From: Candidatus Binatia bacterium
Lineage (GTDB): Bacteria; Desulfobacterota; Binatia; Bin18
Assembly: GCA_963664395.2 (NCBI GenBank)
Contig: OY761159.2
Location: forward strand, 3,296,001 to 3,360,000
Direction: 5' to 3'
Length of the DNA: 64,000 nt
The stretch's first letter is position 1. Each line of letters starts with the position of its first letter. A program made the translations under genes and the position numbers. A model generated the notes under the pieces. The model saw nothing but the letters and a program-made list of their open reading frames with translations. It was not told where the DNA came from and ran no database searches. Below are positions 50,003 through 59,751 of this stretch, in pieces.

Positions 50003-52036
50003 ATGCCCCAGGAAAATACTGCGGACTACCCCGTTCGGGTTGTCCAGAATGTTTACGTCCCTCTGCCTGATGGGATTCGGTTGGGCGCGACTCTGTATAT
50101 GCCGGACTCATCGAATGACGGTCCGTTCCCCGCCGTGATCGAGTATGACCCCTATCGTAAAGATGACAATAAAGTCGTCCGTAACTGGCAGACCCATAGC
50201 TATCTCGCGCGCAAGGGGCATATCGGCGTCCGCCTGGACGTGCGTGGCACAGGTGCATCGACAGGAATTGCCGAGAATGAGTACACCCGGCAGGAACAAG
50301 CGGATTGTCTCCACGCCCTCGCATGGTTGGCCGACCAATCCTGGTGTACGGGCAATATTGGGATGTGGGGTTCCTCATACGGTGGCATCACTGCCATCCA
50401 AACCGCTATGCACGCCCCGCCTCAGCTCAAAGCCATACTGCCCATGCATGCTGTTGTCGATCGCTATGGTGACGATGTGCACTACCACGGGGGGTGTGTA
50501 CCGGTGCATGAATCTGTTGCCTGGGCCGGCCGTATGGTGGCCCTGAATGCGCTGCCGCCTTTGCCTGAGATCGTCGGAGATGCATGGCAGCGGCTCTGGC
50601 TGGAACGTCTGGAGCAGACCCCCCAATGGCCGTGCGCATGGCTGCAACATCCACACCGGGACGCTTACTGGGAACATGGCTCTGTCTGTGAGAACTGGGA
50701 ATCCATTGTGTGCCCGGTTTTTGCTGTTGGCGGTTGGGCGGACAGTTATCACAATTTTGTCCTGCGCCTCCTGGAACATCTGACGGTTCCGCGCAAAGGG
50801 CTGATCGGACCGTGGCTACACGACCGTCCGCATACGGCGCGACCCGGGCCACAGATTGACTTTCTGCGTGAGATGGTCCGTTGGTGGGATCATTGGCTGA
50901 AAGGGATAGCGACCGGCATCATGGACGAACCCCTCTTAACCGTATGGGTTCAGGAGTCTCGTCCGCCCGATCCGTACCTGGCCACCATTCCAGGATACTG
51001 GCGCGCTGAAACGGAATGGCCGGTCGCACGCGCACAGCAGCAGACCTGGTTTCTTGGGGACGGGGCGCGCTTACAACCAGACTGCCCTCTTGAAACTGCC
51101 CAGAATCAATCGACTGAATGGAACGGGCCGCTCACGGTCGGGACCGCCGCCCCGTTCTGGTGTACCGGCTTTCGGCCAAGCGGTATGCCGCGGGATCAAC
51201 GCCGGGATGATGCCTGTTCTCTGGCGTTTACCAGTGCGCCGCTCCAAGCGCCCGTCGAAATCCTCGGCTTTCCTACGGTCAGGCTCTACGTTGCTGCTTC
51301 AGAACCTGTTGCCCACGTAGCAGTCAAGCTGTGTGATGTGGCTCCGGACGGGGCGTCTCTTCTGGTGACACGCGGCGTTCTCAATCTCACCCATCGCACC
51401 GGCCATAGCGCTCCCACACCACTCACGCCGAGAACGATCTATCCCGTAACTATCGAGCTGGGCAGTATCTCGCACGTGTTTGCCGTGGGTCATTGCCTGC
51501 GGCTGAGTATGAGCGGCGCAGATTGGCCGCTGGTGTGGCCGGCTCCCCGACCGTATGCGCTCACGTTGTATCACGCGGCCGAACATCCAACTCAACTGAC
51601 CCTCCCTGTGCTTCCGCCGCAAACGACGGCATTGCCCACCCCCGTCTTTCGCCCGCCAGAGGTCTCTCTCCCGCCTGCTCGCGCTGAAGGAGAGCCGGGT
51701 TCGTTTACCATCCTTCAGGACATGGAAACCGGAACAACGCAAATGGAGACCACGTCAGCGTCTCGAACCACGCTGCACGAGCGAGATTTGGTTATGACGG
51801 AGTCAAACCGGAAAACCTTATCTCTGCAAGAAGGCAATCCGCTGAGTTGTCGAGCCGTGATGACACGTCAGCTCGGTCTGGAGCGTTCTGGCTGGAATGT
51901 GCAGGTTGACAGTACGCTCCACATGGGGTGTACGGAAAAAATGTTCACAGTCGAGATCGATCTGAGAGCCCGGCATAACGATGAGGTAGTCTTTGAACGA
52001 CACTGGAAGGAAGAGGTCCCGCGTCTCTTGGGGTGA
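50003..52036 (+). CDS. CocE/NonD family hydrolase (peptidase S15)
   Basis: PYRKDD, DVRGTGAS.G, GSSYGG, GGWAD, GPW.H, C-terminal PepX_C-like domain. Confidence 0.92.
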   Translation: MPQENTADYPVRVVQNVYVPLPDGIRLGATLYMPDSSNDGPFPAVIEYDPYRKDDNKVVRNWQTHSYLARKGHIGVRLDVRGTGASTGIAENEYTRQEQADCLHALAWLADQSWCTGNIGMWGSSYGGITAIQTAMHAPPQLKAILPMHAVVDRYGDDVHYHGGCVPVHESVAWAGRMVALNALPPLPEIVGDAWQRLWLERLEQTPQWPCAWLQHPHRDAYWEHGSVCENWESIVCPVFAVGGWADSYHNFVLRLLEHLTVPRKGLIGPWLHDRPHTARPGPQIDFLREMVRWWDHWLKGIATGIMDEPLLTVWVQESRPPDPYLATIPGYWRAETEWPVARAQQQTWFLGDGARLQPDCPLETAQNQSTEWNGPLTVGTAAPFWCTGFRPSGMPRDQRRDDACSLAFTSAPLQAPVEILGFPTVRLYVAASEPVAHVAVKLCDVAPDGASLLVTRGVLNLTHRTGHSAPTPLTPRTIYPVTIELGSISHVFAVGHCLRLSMSGADWPLVWPAPRPYALTLYHAAEHPTQLTLPVLPPQTTALPTPVFRPPEVSLPPARAEGEPGSFTILQDMETGTTQMETTSASRTTLHERDLVMTESNRKTLSLQEGNPLSCRAVMTRQLGLERSGWNVQVDSTLHMGCTEKMFTVEIDLRARHNDEVVFERHWKEEVPRLLG

Positions 52037-52290
52037 GAGGAAGTCGAAAGAGTGGCTTCAGATGAAAAGCGAGTCGCTTTGGACCGCGTATGAGGCCCAC
52101 CGTCCGGCTATCGCCGGGAAAGTCGAAACGTTTCTCGCTGGGGCAAACCCTGCGGACCGGTAACGAGATTCACCGTTGTAGGACTTGACAGTGGCAGCAG
52201 AAAGCTGACAGTTTTTCTCTCTTACATCATACGGCACCCTGTCCCATTCCCAGGGGAGGCGACCCGCAAGGAGAAAGGACCTCCACCGCG

Positions 52291-53007
52291 ATGACAACCA
52301 CGAGTGCATTCCTCCAGGAAGTCGAAGTCAAGCTCCTCACCGATGACGTGTCGGTCTTCGATCAGATCGCGGCCCTCCCGCAGCTCGGTCCTTTTAGTCT
52401 TGAGCGCCGCCCGACTTTACAGTTGCAGACGACGTATCTGGATACGACGGGCTTCCTCATAGCACGCCATGCGCTTGCCCTGCGCCTTCGGCGGATAGGC
52501 GAGGCTGGTGAGGGGGGCTGGGAAGTTTCGACAAAAGGGCAGGGGCAGGTCACAGGGGCTATGCATGCCCGACCGGAACGGACGGTGGTGCTGCCCAGTG
52601 CTCCTGTCTTCCCATTCGTCCCGCCAGCAGAGTTAGCCGACGGTTTACCGACCGCCGCTCTCCGCCAGACGCTCGCTCCGATTCTGATTTCCGAGGTGAC
52701 ACGACAACGCTTGGCCATCAAGCGCAGCGCTGAACCACAGGAAAAATCGCTTGCAGAGGTGGCCCTCGATACGGCGCAGTATCGTGACCCGAAAGCGCCC
52801 GCGCGTGCCTTTGCCACGTTTTATGAAGTCGAAGTCGAGCTGGAAGCCGGTACGCAGGATGAGCTGAGACGCATCAGCCGTTTTCTCCAGGAGCATTTTC
52901 CCTTACACCCGTCACACGCTAATAAGCTCCAGCGTGGCCTGGCTCTTTTATATGGCCCAGGTGTGTGGAAAGTCCCCTATGCAAGCCCGCAGCAGTCAGG
53001 CGGGTGA
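52291..53007 (+). CDS. CYTH domain protein
   Basis: EVEVK (ExExK), YLDT, ALRLR, EVALD, EVEVEL, NKLQRGL. Confidence 0.88.
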   Translation: MTTTSAFLQEVEVKLLTDDVSVFDQIAALPQLGPFSLERRPTLQLQTTYLDTTGFLIARHALALRLRRIGEAGEGGWEVSTKGQGQVTGAMHARPERTVVLPSAPVFPFVPPAELADGLPTAALRQTLAPILISEVTRQRLAIKRSAEPQEKSLAEVALDTAQYRDPKAPARAFATFYEVEVELEAGTQDELRRISRFLQEHFPLHPSHANKLQRGLALLYGPGVWKVPYASPQQSGG

Positions 53008-53037
53008 GGTCCGGCCGTCCTCCTGCGTCGGCACGTT

Positions 53038-54534
53038 TTACGACCACGGGGCGACCTCGGCGATAAAATCCGTAAAAGTCGTATGGACTTCCGCGTGAAG
53101 CCTATCCTTCTGATTCTCGAACGTCTGCATCAGGATTTGGATCGTTCGAGCGGTTCGGTGCCTCTGGCGGGACGAACCTGATACTTCGTGAGCGAGTTCT
53201 TGCAGCATAGTCTGCTGAACATCAAGATCGTTGAGCTGGCCTAACACGTCCTGGAGGGTGCGCAGACGACGAATCGGTTCAGTTGTCAGCGCCTCGGGGA
53301 ACGCACTGGTAAAAAACTCGAACAAATAGCGGAGTTTCTTACATTCAATGCGGAGTCTATGCAGCCGTCGGGGGTCGCTCGCCTTGAGGGCGTCCGGTCG
53401 TATGGTGGTGACCACGCGCTGACACTGCTTGCGGATACATTTCCGGACAAGTTTTCCCAGCGTGTGGTCTGCCCGTGGTCCCTTGGCTTTCGTATCCGTT
53501 GCGACGGCTTCCCAGCGCTGGAGAATGCTCTCATATTGCTGTGTGTTCAGCGCTTCCACCAGACGGTGGTGCGTGGCGTAGCGTTCATACTGAACCGCGC
53601 GAAAGAGCGGTGCAATGTCCGGGCGCAGGTCCGGCGGGAGAGCGGCCAGATAGCCCGCCTGTTGAAGCAGAAACACGTCCAGATCGCGCAGGTGGTTGGT
53701 GAGGCTTCCCAAAAAGGACAAATCCTTGCGCAGGTGTTTGGTCAAGCGAACCGGCAATACCGCCGGCAGTTGGCCGAGCAAGGACCGGGCACGCCGAATG
53801 GCTACGCGAAAGTCGTGCAAAAACTCAGTATCAATATCGGAGAGGATGCCCGCCCGGTTCTGTCTGACTATGCCAAGCAGAAAGGCCAGAATTGTGCGCA
53901 CCGCGCTATCAGCCCGCATATCGGGCTCGAACCCAAACGCGAGTTTCGCAGAATAGGCGCGCGCCTGCTGGGCTGTATATAGGGTCGCCAGCGGACCGCT
54001 CGGAGAAACCGGAGTCAGGGCTAAGGAATCCAGCCATGCGCACAGCCCACCCGCCGACTCGGCATAAGACGAGACCTCGACCTGGGTCGGAAACGGGACG
54101 ATCCCTGCGTAGTCTTTGGCCGCGCTCTCTTCAAAGACAATATTCGCCACAGGTCGATGGGGGGCCGCCTGCTCCGCCAGCGCAAAATACGCGGCATGCA
54201 CGACCGCCCGCTCCATAAGCGCGCGGATTGAGACCAGCGGCAAGAGTTGCGCTTTGAGGGGACTCTCTACCCACTCGCCGACACAAGGCAGGAGCGCCGA
54301 GCAGGGCGTGCGTTCACCGACCGGACGGCTGTCCAGCGACCAGAGCGCAACCGTATCGTGCACCTGACACAAGGCCAGCTCACGCCGAAACAGGCGCCAG
54401 TCAAAGGTATCGAAATAGCGCCGCGTCTGGGTTCCTAAAGAGGTGAGATCAACGGAAAAACGCGCCTGCAATTGGCGCAGGAACTGGTCCTGGGTTATGT
54501 TCCCTGGCAAGCTATAGCGGGTCCGCATACTCAT
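53038..54534 (-). CDS. CHAD domain protein with degenerate CYTH-like N-terminus
   Basis: YFDTFDWRL; EFLHDFRVAIRR, RDLDV, LHRLRIECKKLRY..E, LQDVLGQLND. Confidence 0.9.
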   Translation of the reverse strand: MSMRTRYSLPGNITQDQFLRQLQARFSVDLTSLGTQTRRYFDTFDWRLFRRELALCQVHDTVALWSLDSRPVGERTPCSALLPCVGEWVESPLKAQLLPLVSIRALMERAVVHAAYFALAEQAAPHRPVANIVFEESAAKDYAGIVPFPTQVEVSSYAESAGGLCAWLDSLALTPVSPSGPLATLYTAQQARAYSAKLAFGFEPDMRADSAVRTILAFLLGIVRQNRAGILSDIDTEFLHDFRVAIRRARSLLGQLPAVLPVRLTKHLRKDLSFLGSLTNHLRDLDVFLLQQAGYLAALPPDLRPDIAPLFRAVQYERYATHHRLVEALNTQQYESILQRWEAVATDTKAKGPRADHTLGKLVRKCIRKQCQRVVTTIRPDALKASDPRRLHRLRIECKKLRYLFEFFTSAFPEALTTEPIRRLRTLQDVLGQLNDLDVQQTMLQELAHEVSGSSRQRHRTARTIQILMQTFENQKDRLHAEVHTTFTDFIAEVAPWS

Positions 54535-54620
54535 GTCCGACTCTTCTGTGTTATGAGACAGGCTCCTGAGCATCCCTGTAGTATAAAGACCTGTCAGGAC
54601 TAATAAAGGTAGCCCCAAAA

Positions 54621-54848
54621 ATGAACGCCCAGCCCGGCAGCTATGCCCTCCTCTTGCAAGCCGACCGGCGGCGGACCGTCCGGATTGGGCGGCTGGGCCA
54701 GCTCACCGTTGAGCCGGGCTGCTACATCTACGTCGGCAGTGCCCTGGGACCGGGAGGGGTACGGGCGCAGGGCGGTCATCACGGCGCAGGCTTCGGGCCG
54801 CTATTCCGCAGCATGGTCGAGCCGAACGGGTGGCGGCGGAGGGGATAG
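54621..54848 (+). pseudogene. Truncated DUF123 (GIY-YIG/Uri-like) endonuclease
   Basis: GSYALLL...IGRLG...GCYIYVGSALGPGG present; downstream WHIDYL and GFGSSDC motifs absent. Confidence 0.7.
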
Positions 54849-54908
54849 TCTGTCTTGTCTGACAGGCCCGGACTGGTCTATAGAGGAGCGGGTATAAGGA
54901 TAGAAACT

Positions 54909-56360
54909 ATGGGAGCACGCACCGGAGCAGAGTTTACTGCGGGACTACGCGATAATCGAGAAGTCTGGCTGGGCAACGAGCGCGTCGAAGATGTGACCAC
55001 GCATCCGGCCTTTCGCGCCGCGGTCGAGAGTATTGCCCAGTTATACGACATGCAGCACGATCCGGCCTATCGGGACACGCTGTGCTATCCCTCGCCGACG
55101 AGCGGTAATCCGGTCGGGCTGTCGTTTCTGATCCCGCGCACGCGGGACGACCTGGTGCGGCGGCGGGCCATGAGTAAGGTCTGGGCGGACGCGACCTGCG
55201 GCATGATGGGCCGCAGTGCGGATTTTCTCAATGCCATGGTCACCGCCTGGGCGGCCAAGGCCGACTATTTTGCCCGGCAGAGTCCGGAGTGCCGGGAGCG
55301 CGTCCTGGACTATTATGAACATTGCCGCGAGAACGACCTGTTTCTCACCCATACCCTGGTTGATCCGCAAGTGGACCGCTCCAGGAACCGGGCCGAGCAG
55401 GACGATCCGCATCAGTGCCTCGGTATTGTAGACGAGACGGCTGAGGGGCTCGTTATTCGAGGCGCGAAAATGATTGCCACGGCCGCGCCGTTCGCCGATG
55501 AGATTCTGGCCTGGCCCTTTCCGCCAACCCTGACCGCAGCAGAGTCGGCCTATGCCATTGTCTTTATCATCCCGGTTGCCTCGCCGGGGCTGAAGATTAT
55601 TTGTCGCGAGTCTTTTACCCGACCTGGCCCGGTCGAAGATCATCCGCTGAGCGCCCGCTTTGACGAGATGGACGCAGTCGCGGTTTTTGACGATGTGCTT
55701 GTCCCCTGGCCGCGCGTTTTTTTGCACAAAGATGTCAATCTGGTCGGCCAGATGTACACCGGCACCCGCATTCGAGAATGGACGGCCCACCAGACCAATA
55801 CGCGGCTGTTGTCGAAGATCGAGTTTGTCTACGGCACGCTCAGCCTCATGGCTGAAGCCATCGGGGTCCAGGACAAACCCGTCGTACAAGAGACACTGGG
55901 CGAAGCGGCCAGCTACGTTGAAATCATTAAATCCATTCTCCTTGCAGCGGAACAAGAAGCCGAAATTGACCCTTCCAACGGGGCGATCTACCCTGCCCTC
56001 ACGCCCCTGCAAGTCGGACGGGTCTGGGGGCCGCGTATCTATCCGCGCTTGATGGAAATGATGCGCCGGATTGGAGCGGGCGGGCTGATGCAGTTGCCGG
56101 CCACATTTGCTTCCTTTGACGGGCCGACCGGGCCGGACCTGGAAAAATACTACCGCGGCGCCCACATCCCGGCCCAGGATAAAGTCCGGCTCTTTAAGCT
56201 GGCCTGGGACCTTGTCGGCTCTGATTTTGGCTCACGCCACGAGCTATACGAAATGTTCTATGCCGGCGATCCCAGCATGATTACGGCCGGCTTGCAGCGT
56301 GATTTCGACACCGCACGGTGTACGAACCGGGTGAAAGCATTTCTGGGTCTGGGAGAGTAG
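54909..56360 (+). CDS. hpaB: 4-hydroxyphenylacetate 3-monooxygenase-family oxygenase component
   Basis: VEDVTTHPAF, GMMGRSADF, DPQVDR, RGAKMIAT, HPLSARFDEMDA, FGSRHELYEMF. Confidence 0.88.
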   Translation: MGARTGAEFTAGLRDNREVWLGNERVEDVTTHPAFRAAVESIAQLYDMQHDPAYRDTLCYPSPTSGNPVGLSFLIPRTRDDLVRRRAMSKVWADATCGMMGRSADFLNAMVTAWAAKADYFARQSPECRERVLDYYEHCRENDLFLTHTLVDPQVDRSRNRAEQDDPHQCLGIVDETAEGLVIRGAKMIATAAPFADEILAWPFPPTLTAAESAYAIVFIIPVASPGLKIICRESFTRPGPVEDHPLSARFDEMDAVAVFDDVLVPWPRVFLHKDVNLVGQMYTGTRIREWTAHQTNTRLLSKIEFVYGTLSLMAEAIGVQDKPVVQETLGEAASYVEIIKSILLAAEQEAEIDPSNGAIYPALTPLQVGRVWGPRIYPRLMEMMRRIGAGGLMQLPATFASFDGPTGPDLEKYYRGAHIPAQDKVRLFKLAWDLVGSDFGSRHELYEMFYAGDPSMITAGLQRDFDTARCTNRVKAFLGLGE

Positions 56361-56561
56361 AACCCTATCGGTTCATGCATCGATTTTCAGAGGCGTATGG
56401 CGTGCCGACGCCTCGAATTATCGACAAGAAAGATTTGTGGATTTTTAGGACAGATGCCAGTTTACCCGCGATTTATTCAGATGGGAAAAAAGCGAGCGCG
56501 GTAAGTCCGTGATTTTATTGACATCCAGCCTGGCTCGCTACATCCGATAAGATATTATGTG

Positions 56562-56786
56562 TCAGACTTGCCGGGGTGCGGTCCGTTCAATCAGCGCCCG
56601 CAAGGCCAGCATGTTTTCCTCATGCTGCTGGTCACGATAGCCCGCGCTCTGGCGCATCAACCGCAGGCCCCAGGCAATCAAGGCGCATTGGATCAAGCCC
56701 ACCAGCCCAGCTATCCCGGCCTGGACATACATTGCCCCTAGTGAAGCGTGCTGCAAAGCAATCGTTGCCGTCTCAAATTCAGTCAT
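56562..56786 (-). CDS. Small single-TM hypothetical protein
   Basis: GGAGAAGGA RBS; hydrophobic AGIAGLVGLIQCALIAWGL then a charged helical tail. Confidence 0.6.
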   Translation of the reverse strand: MTEFETATIALQHASLGAMYVQAGIAGLVGLIQCALIAWGLRLMRQSAGYRDQQHEENMLALRALIERTAPRQV

Positions 56787-56837
56787 GATTTCCTTCTCCC
56801 CTATGCCGTTCCTTTAGCTTATCCAATACTATGGACG

Positions 56838-56861
56838 GGAATTCATTCAGGAATTCATTCA
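56838..56861. repeat. 12-bp tandem duplication
   Basis: ggaattcattca x2. Confidence 0.8.
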
Positions 56862-56928
56862 ATAGTGAGCCTATTTTCGCAGGAATGACGGAAGGTGGCG
56901 GGCGGCTATACGGAATCGTGAATTTGCC

Positions 56929-57987
56929 CTAGACCGGTATCGCCAGCAGTTCGCCCAGGTGTTGGTCGATTTGTTTCAGATAGTCCGGCTCGATGCCGAA
57001 CAGCCCGAGGTGGCCGTAGATGCTGTGAATCACCCGGAACTCGCTGTTGGGAATGAGTTGCTGCTCGGCTTCACAATCGCGCGGGGGAAAGAACATGTCT
57101 TCGTCAATCGGCAGGACAAATACTTTGGCCCGAATACGCTCAAGCGCCTGTTTAAGGTCACCGCCGGTATGCCGACTGACATCACCCCGCTGCCATTTCC
57201 AGGCCATGCACAGCAGATTGTTCGGGTCCATGGGCAGAAAATAGTTTTCCACAAAACCGACCACAAAGTCTTCGGTGGAAGAGAAGCCCAACTCCCGCCA
57301 GGCTTCCTGCTTGAACAGCTCGGTGCAGAAGCCCATCACGGACCACAGGCGGGCCTGGCGGCGCAATCCGACCTGGACCGCGTGCGGGTCTGTATACCAG
57401 CCGTTATTCCAGGCGGGGTCTGAGGTGATCGCCTCGTTCAGGGTCTCAACGTACAGAAAGTCGTGCGGCGTGTTCTTGGCCGTGCCGGCCAGCGGGGCCG
57501 CACGCTTGACCATAGCGGGATAGCGCACCGCCCACTCATAGGTTTGCTGCGCACCCATAGAGCCGCCGCACACCAGTTCCAAGCGTTCAATACCAAACTG
57601 TTCGGTCACAAGCTTGTGCTGGGCGCGCACATCGTCGCCGATTCGGATGCGCGGGAAACGTGCCATATTGAACGGAGCAGGCGTATTTGACGGCGAGCTC
57701 GACAGACCATTGCCGAGTTGGTTGGCGATAATGACAAAATACTTGTCCGGATCAATCGCCCGGCCTGGACCAACATGGACATCAGCCATGATCTTACTGG
57801 TGCCCGAGTACCAGGTCGGCAGGAGAATGGCATTGTCCTTTTGGGCGTTCAGCGTCCCCTGGGTGGTATAGGCGAGCTTGCCGTCATGCAGCGTTCCGCC
57901 TTCTTCCAATGTGAAGTTGCCGAGATCGAACAACTCAAATGGCCCGTGATTCTCTTGCGAGTAGTAGTCGTTGAACGTACTGGACAT
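56929..57987 (-). CDS. Homoserine acetyltransferase-like alpha/beta hydrolase (probable esterase)
   Basis: LAY.T.G.LN..KDN, PTWYSG, GGSMGAQQ, DMFFP, GH. Confidence 0.87.
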   Translation of the reverse strand: MSSTFNDYYSQENHGPFELFDLGNFTLEEGGTLHDGKLAYTTQGTLNAQKDNAILLPTWYSGTSKIMADVHVGPGRAIDPDKYFVIIANQLGNGLSSSPSNTPAPFNMARFPRIRIGDDVRAQHKLVTEQFGIERLELVCGGSMGAQQTYEWAVRYPAMVKRAAPLAGTAKNTPHDFLYVETLNEAITSDPAWNNGWYTDPHAVQVGLRRQARLWSVMGFCTELFKQEAWRELGFSSTEDFVVGFVENYFLPMDPNNLLCMAWKWQRGDVSRHTGGDLKQALERIRAKVFVLPIDEDMFFPPRDCEAEQQLIPNSEFRVIHSIYGHLGLFGIEPDYLKQIDQHLGELLAIPV

Positions 57988-58095
57988 GCTACGTCTCCTT
58001 GTCCGCTGAGCAACCTCTGAGGCGTGTTTGAACCAACTGCCTGATTGGGGTATAGCTTATCCGAACGGAAAGCCCAAGAGAAGAAAACGAGCACC

Positions 58096-59157
58096 ATGCA
58101 CGCAAACACTGACAGTCTGAACGAAGATATCGACGCTATCGAATACTATTTCGAGCAGGGCGTCACCGACGGTCTGCCCGTTGTCCCACCAACCGAAGAA
58201 CGGATGCAACTCATGCTGGCCGCTACCTCACAGGCTGCGGACGAAGTTGTTGCACTCGTGCCGCCCAATTTTGGCGAAGCCTCGATTGAGAAGATCGCCG
58301 TGAATGCAGTCATGGCCGGCTGCAAGCCGGAATTCCTGCCGGTCGTTATTGCCGGTGTGCGGGCCATGTGTGACGAGCGGGCCAATCTGCATGGCGTGCA
58401 GGGCACCACCCACACGGCCACACCGCTGTTTATTATTAACGGCCCAGTCCGGCAGCAGCTTGATATTAATTGCGCCGCCGGCGTGTTTGGCTCAGGCTGG
58501 CGGGCCAACGCGACCATCGGCCGGGCACTCCGCCTGATCATGATTAATATCGGCGGTGCGTATCCGGGCGAAATCGATAAATCAACCATGGGCCATCCCG
58601 GCAAATACACCTATTGCATCGGCGAATACGAAGAACAGAACCCGTGGGAGCCGTTACATGTCGAGCACGGCTACGCGCCGGAGCAGAGCACCATCAGCGT
58701 CTATTGTTGCGACGCCCCACAGTGTGTGAGCAATCACGGCAGTCGCACGGCGCGCGGTATTCTGGACACCGTCGGGGCCAGCATGGCTGTCGGCTGGAGC
58801 GATAAGACCTATCTGGCCGGAAACTATATTGTCGTGCTCGGCCCGGAACACGCCAAAAGCATTGCGGCGGATGGCATGCGCAAACAGGACGTGAAGCGCT
58901 ATCTGTATGAAAACGTCCGGCGGCCTCTTCACGAACTGCTTCCCGGACCGGACGGCAGTGAGGGAGTGAGACGGGAAAGCCTGCCCGGCTGGCTAAACGC
59001 AACAGACGACTTCAGCCTTATCCCAAAAGTGTCCTCGCCGGACGGCATTATTCTTGTCGTGGCCGGCGGGACAGCCGGACGCTTTTCCGTGCATATGTGT
59101 GGCTGGGGTGGGGGCGCCGGCCAGAGTGAACTCGTGACCGTACCTATAGGGACATAA
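58096..59157 (+). CDS. Conserved partner protein of UGSC-type (seleno)proteins
   Basis: TDGLPVVPPT, EKIAVNAVMAGCKPE, RANATIGRALRL, GE.EE.NPWEPLH.E.G, VVAGG; directly upstream of the UGSC gene. Confidence 0.8.
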   Translation: MHANTDSLNEDIDAIEYYFEQGVTDGLPVVPPTEERMQLMLAATSQAADEVVALVPPNFGEASIEKIAVNAVMAGCKPEFLPVVIAGVRAMCDERANLHGVQGTTHTATPLFIINGPVRQQLDINCAAGVFGSGWRANATIGRALRLIMINIGGAYPGEIDKSTMGHPGKYTYCIGEYEEQNPWEPLHVEHGYAPEQSTISVYCCDAPQCVSNHGSRTARGILDTVGASMAVGWSDKTYLAGNYIVVLGPEHAKSIAADGMRKQDVKRYLYENVRRPLHELLPGPDGSEGVRRESLPGWLNATDDFSLIPKVSSPDGIILVVAGGTAGRFSVHMCGWGGGAGQSELVTVPIGT

Positions 59158-59180
59158 AGCACGCAAGAGGAGAAAGACAC

Positions 59181-59714
59181 ATGCCAAAACTCTATGACCC
59201 GACGGCAACCCCGAAACAAGCCACCGCGGCGCTCGCGGCCCGTTTACCGGACTTGCGAGGCAAGACGGTTGGTTTGCTCGATATCAGCAAGGCCAAGGGC
59301 AATTTTTTCCTGGACCGCGTAGAAGAGATGTTGACTGCGCAATTCCAGCCGCAGGCAATTATCCGGCGCATGAAGCCCACGTTTGCCCGTCCGGCGCCGG
59401 AAGACATACGCCAGGAACTGGCGCAAAAGTGCGACTTTCTGATTGAAGCCCTGGCCGATTGAGGCTCGTGTACAACGTGCAGTGTGCACGACGGAATCTT
59501 TTTTGAAAAAGCCGGTATCCCTTCGGCGGTGTTTGCCACGACCGAGTTTTCCAACGCGGCACTCGCTCAGGCCAAGGCGTTGGGCTTGCCGGATTTCAAG
59601 GTCATCTTGGTCGAACATCCTATTCAGCCCCTGACACCGGAAGAAGTCCACGGACGGGCGGAGGCGGTGTTCGGCCAGATGGTTGAAAAGGTGACGGGAC
59701 GAGCGGGCTCCTGA
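59181..59714 (+). CDS. UGSC-motif selenoprotein (177 aa, Sec94); split into two ORFs by the track
   Basis: In-frame TGA at 59460-59462: ALAD-U-GSCTTCSVHDG..EKAGIP; ORFs 59181 and 59484 share a frame; hairpin directly after the TGA. Confidence 0.9.
59466..59491 (+). promoter_or_regulatory. Candidate bacterial SECIS element
   Basis: TCGTGTACA pairs with TGTGCACGA (one G-U); it can close on a GUGCA apical loop whose G is 15 nt 3' of the UGA. Confidence 0.65.
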
Positions 59715-59751
59715 TTTCAGGAACACCGCCCGCCCAGGCTTGTGCGCCCGC

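Noticed and set aside
52040-52290. c-di-GMP-I riboswitch suggested by ggggcaaacc
   Set aside because: The following GNRA-capped stem and GACGCAAAG-type segment are absent
55041-56165. Long antisense ORFs in the track (e.g. 380-1279, 4447-5202, 33761-34522, 55041-56165, 62570-63754)
   Set aside because: Shadows of well-supported genes on the opposite strand in GC-rich DNA; no recognisable motifs
56518-56786. Type I toxin-antitoxin (small TM protein with an antisense TTGACA promoter)
   Set aside because: No -10 at proper spacing from TTGACA at 56518 and no antisense terminator; 74 aa is long for a type I toxin
59443-59634. Alternative ORF bridging the UGSC stop by frameshift
   Set aside because: In-frame UGA read-through gives the conserved UxxCxxC motif; this frame has no recognisable features
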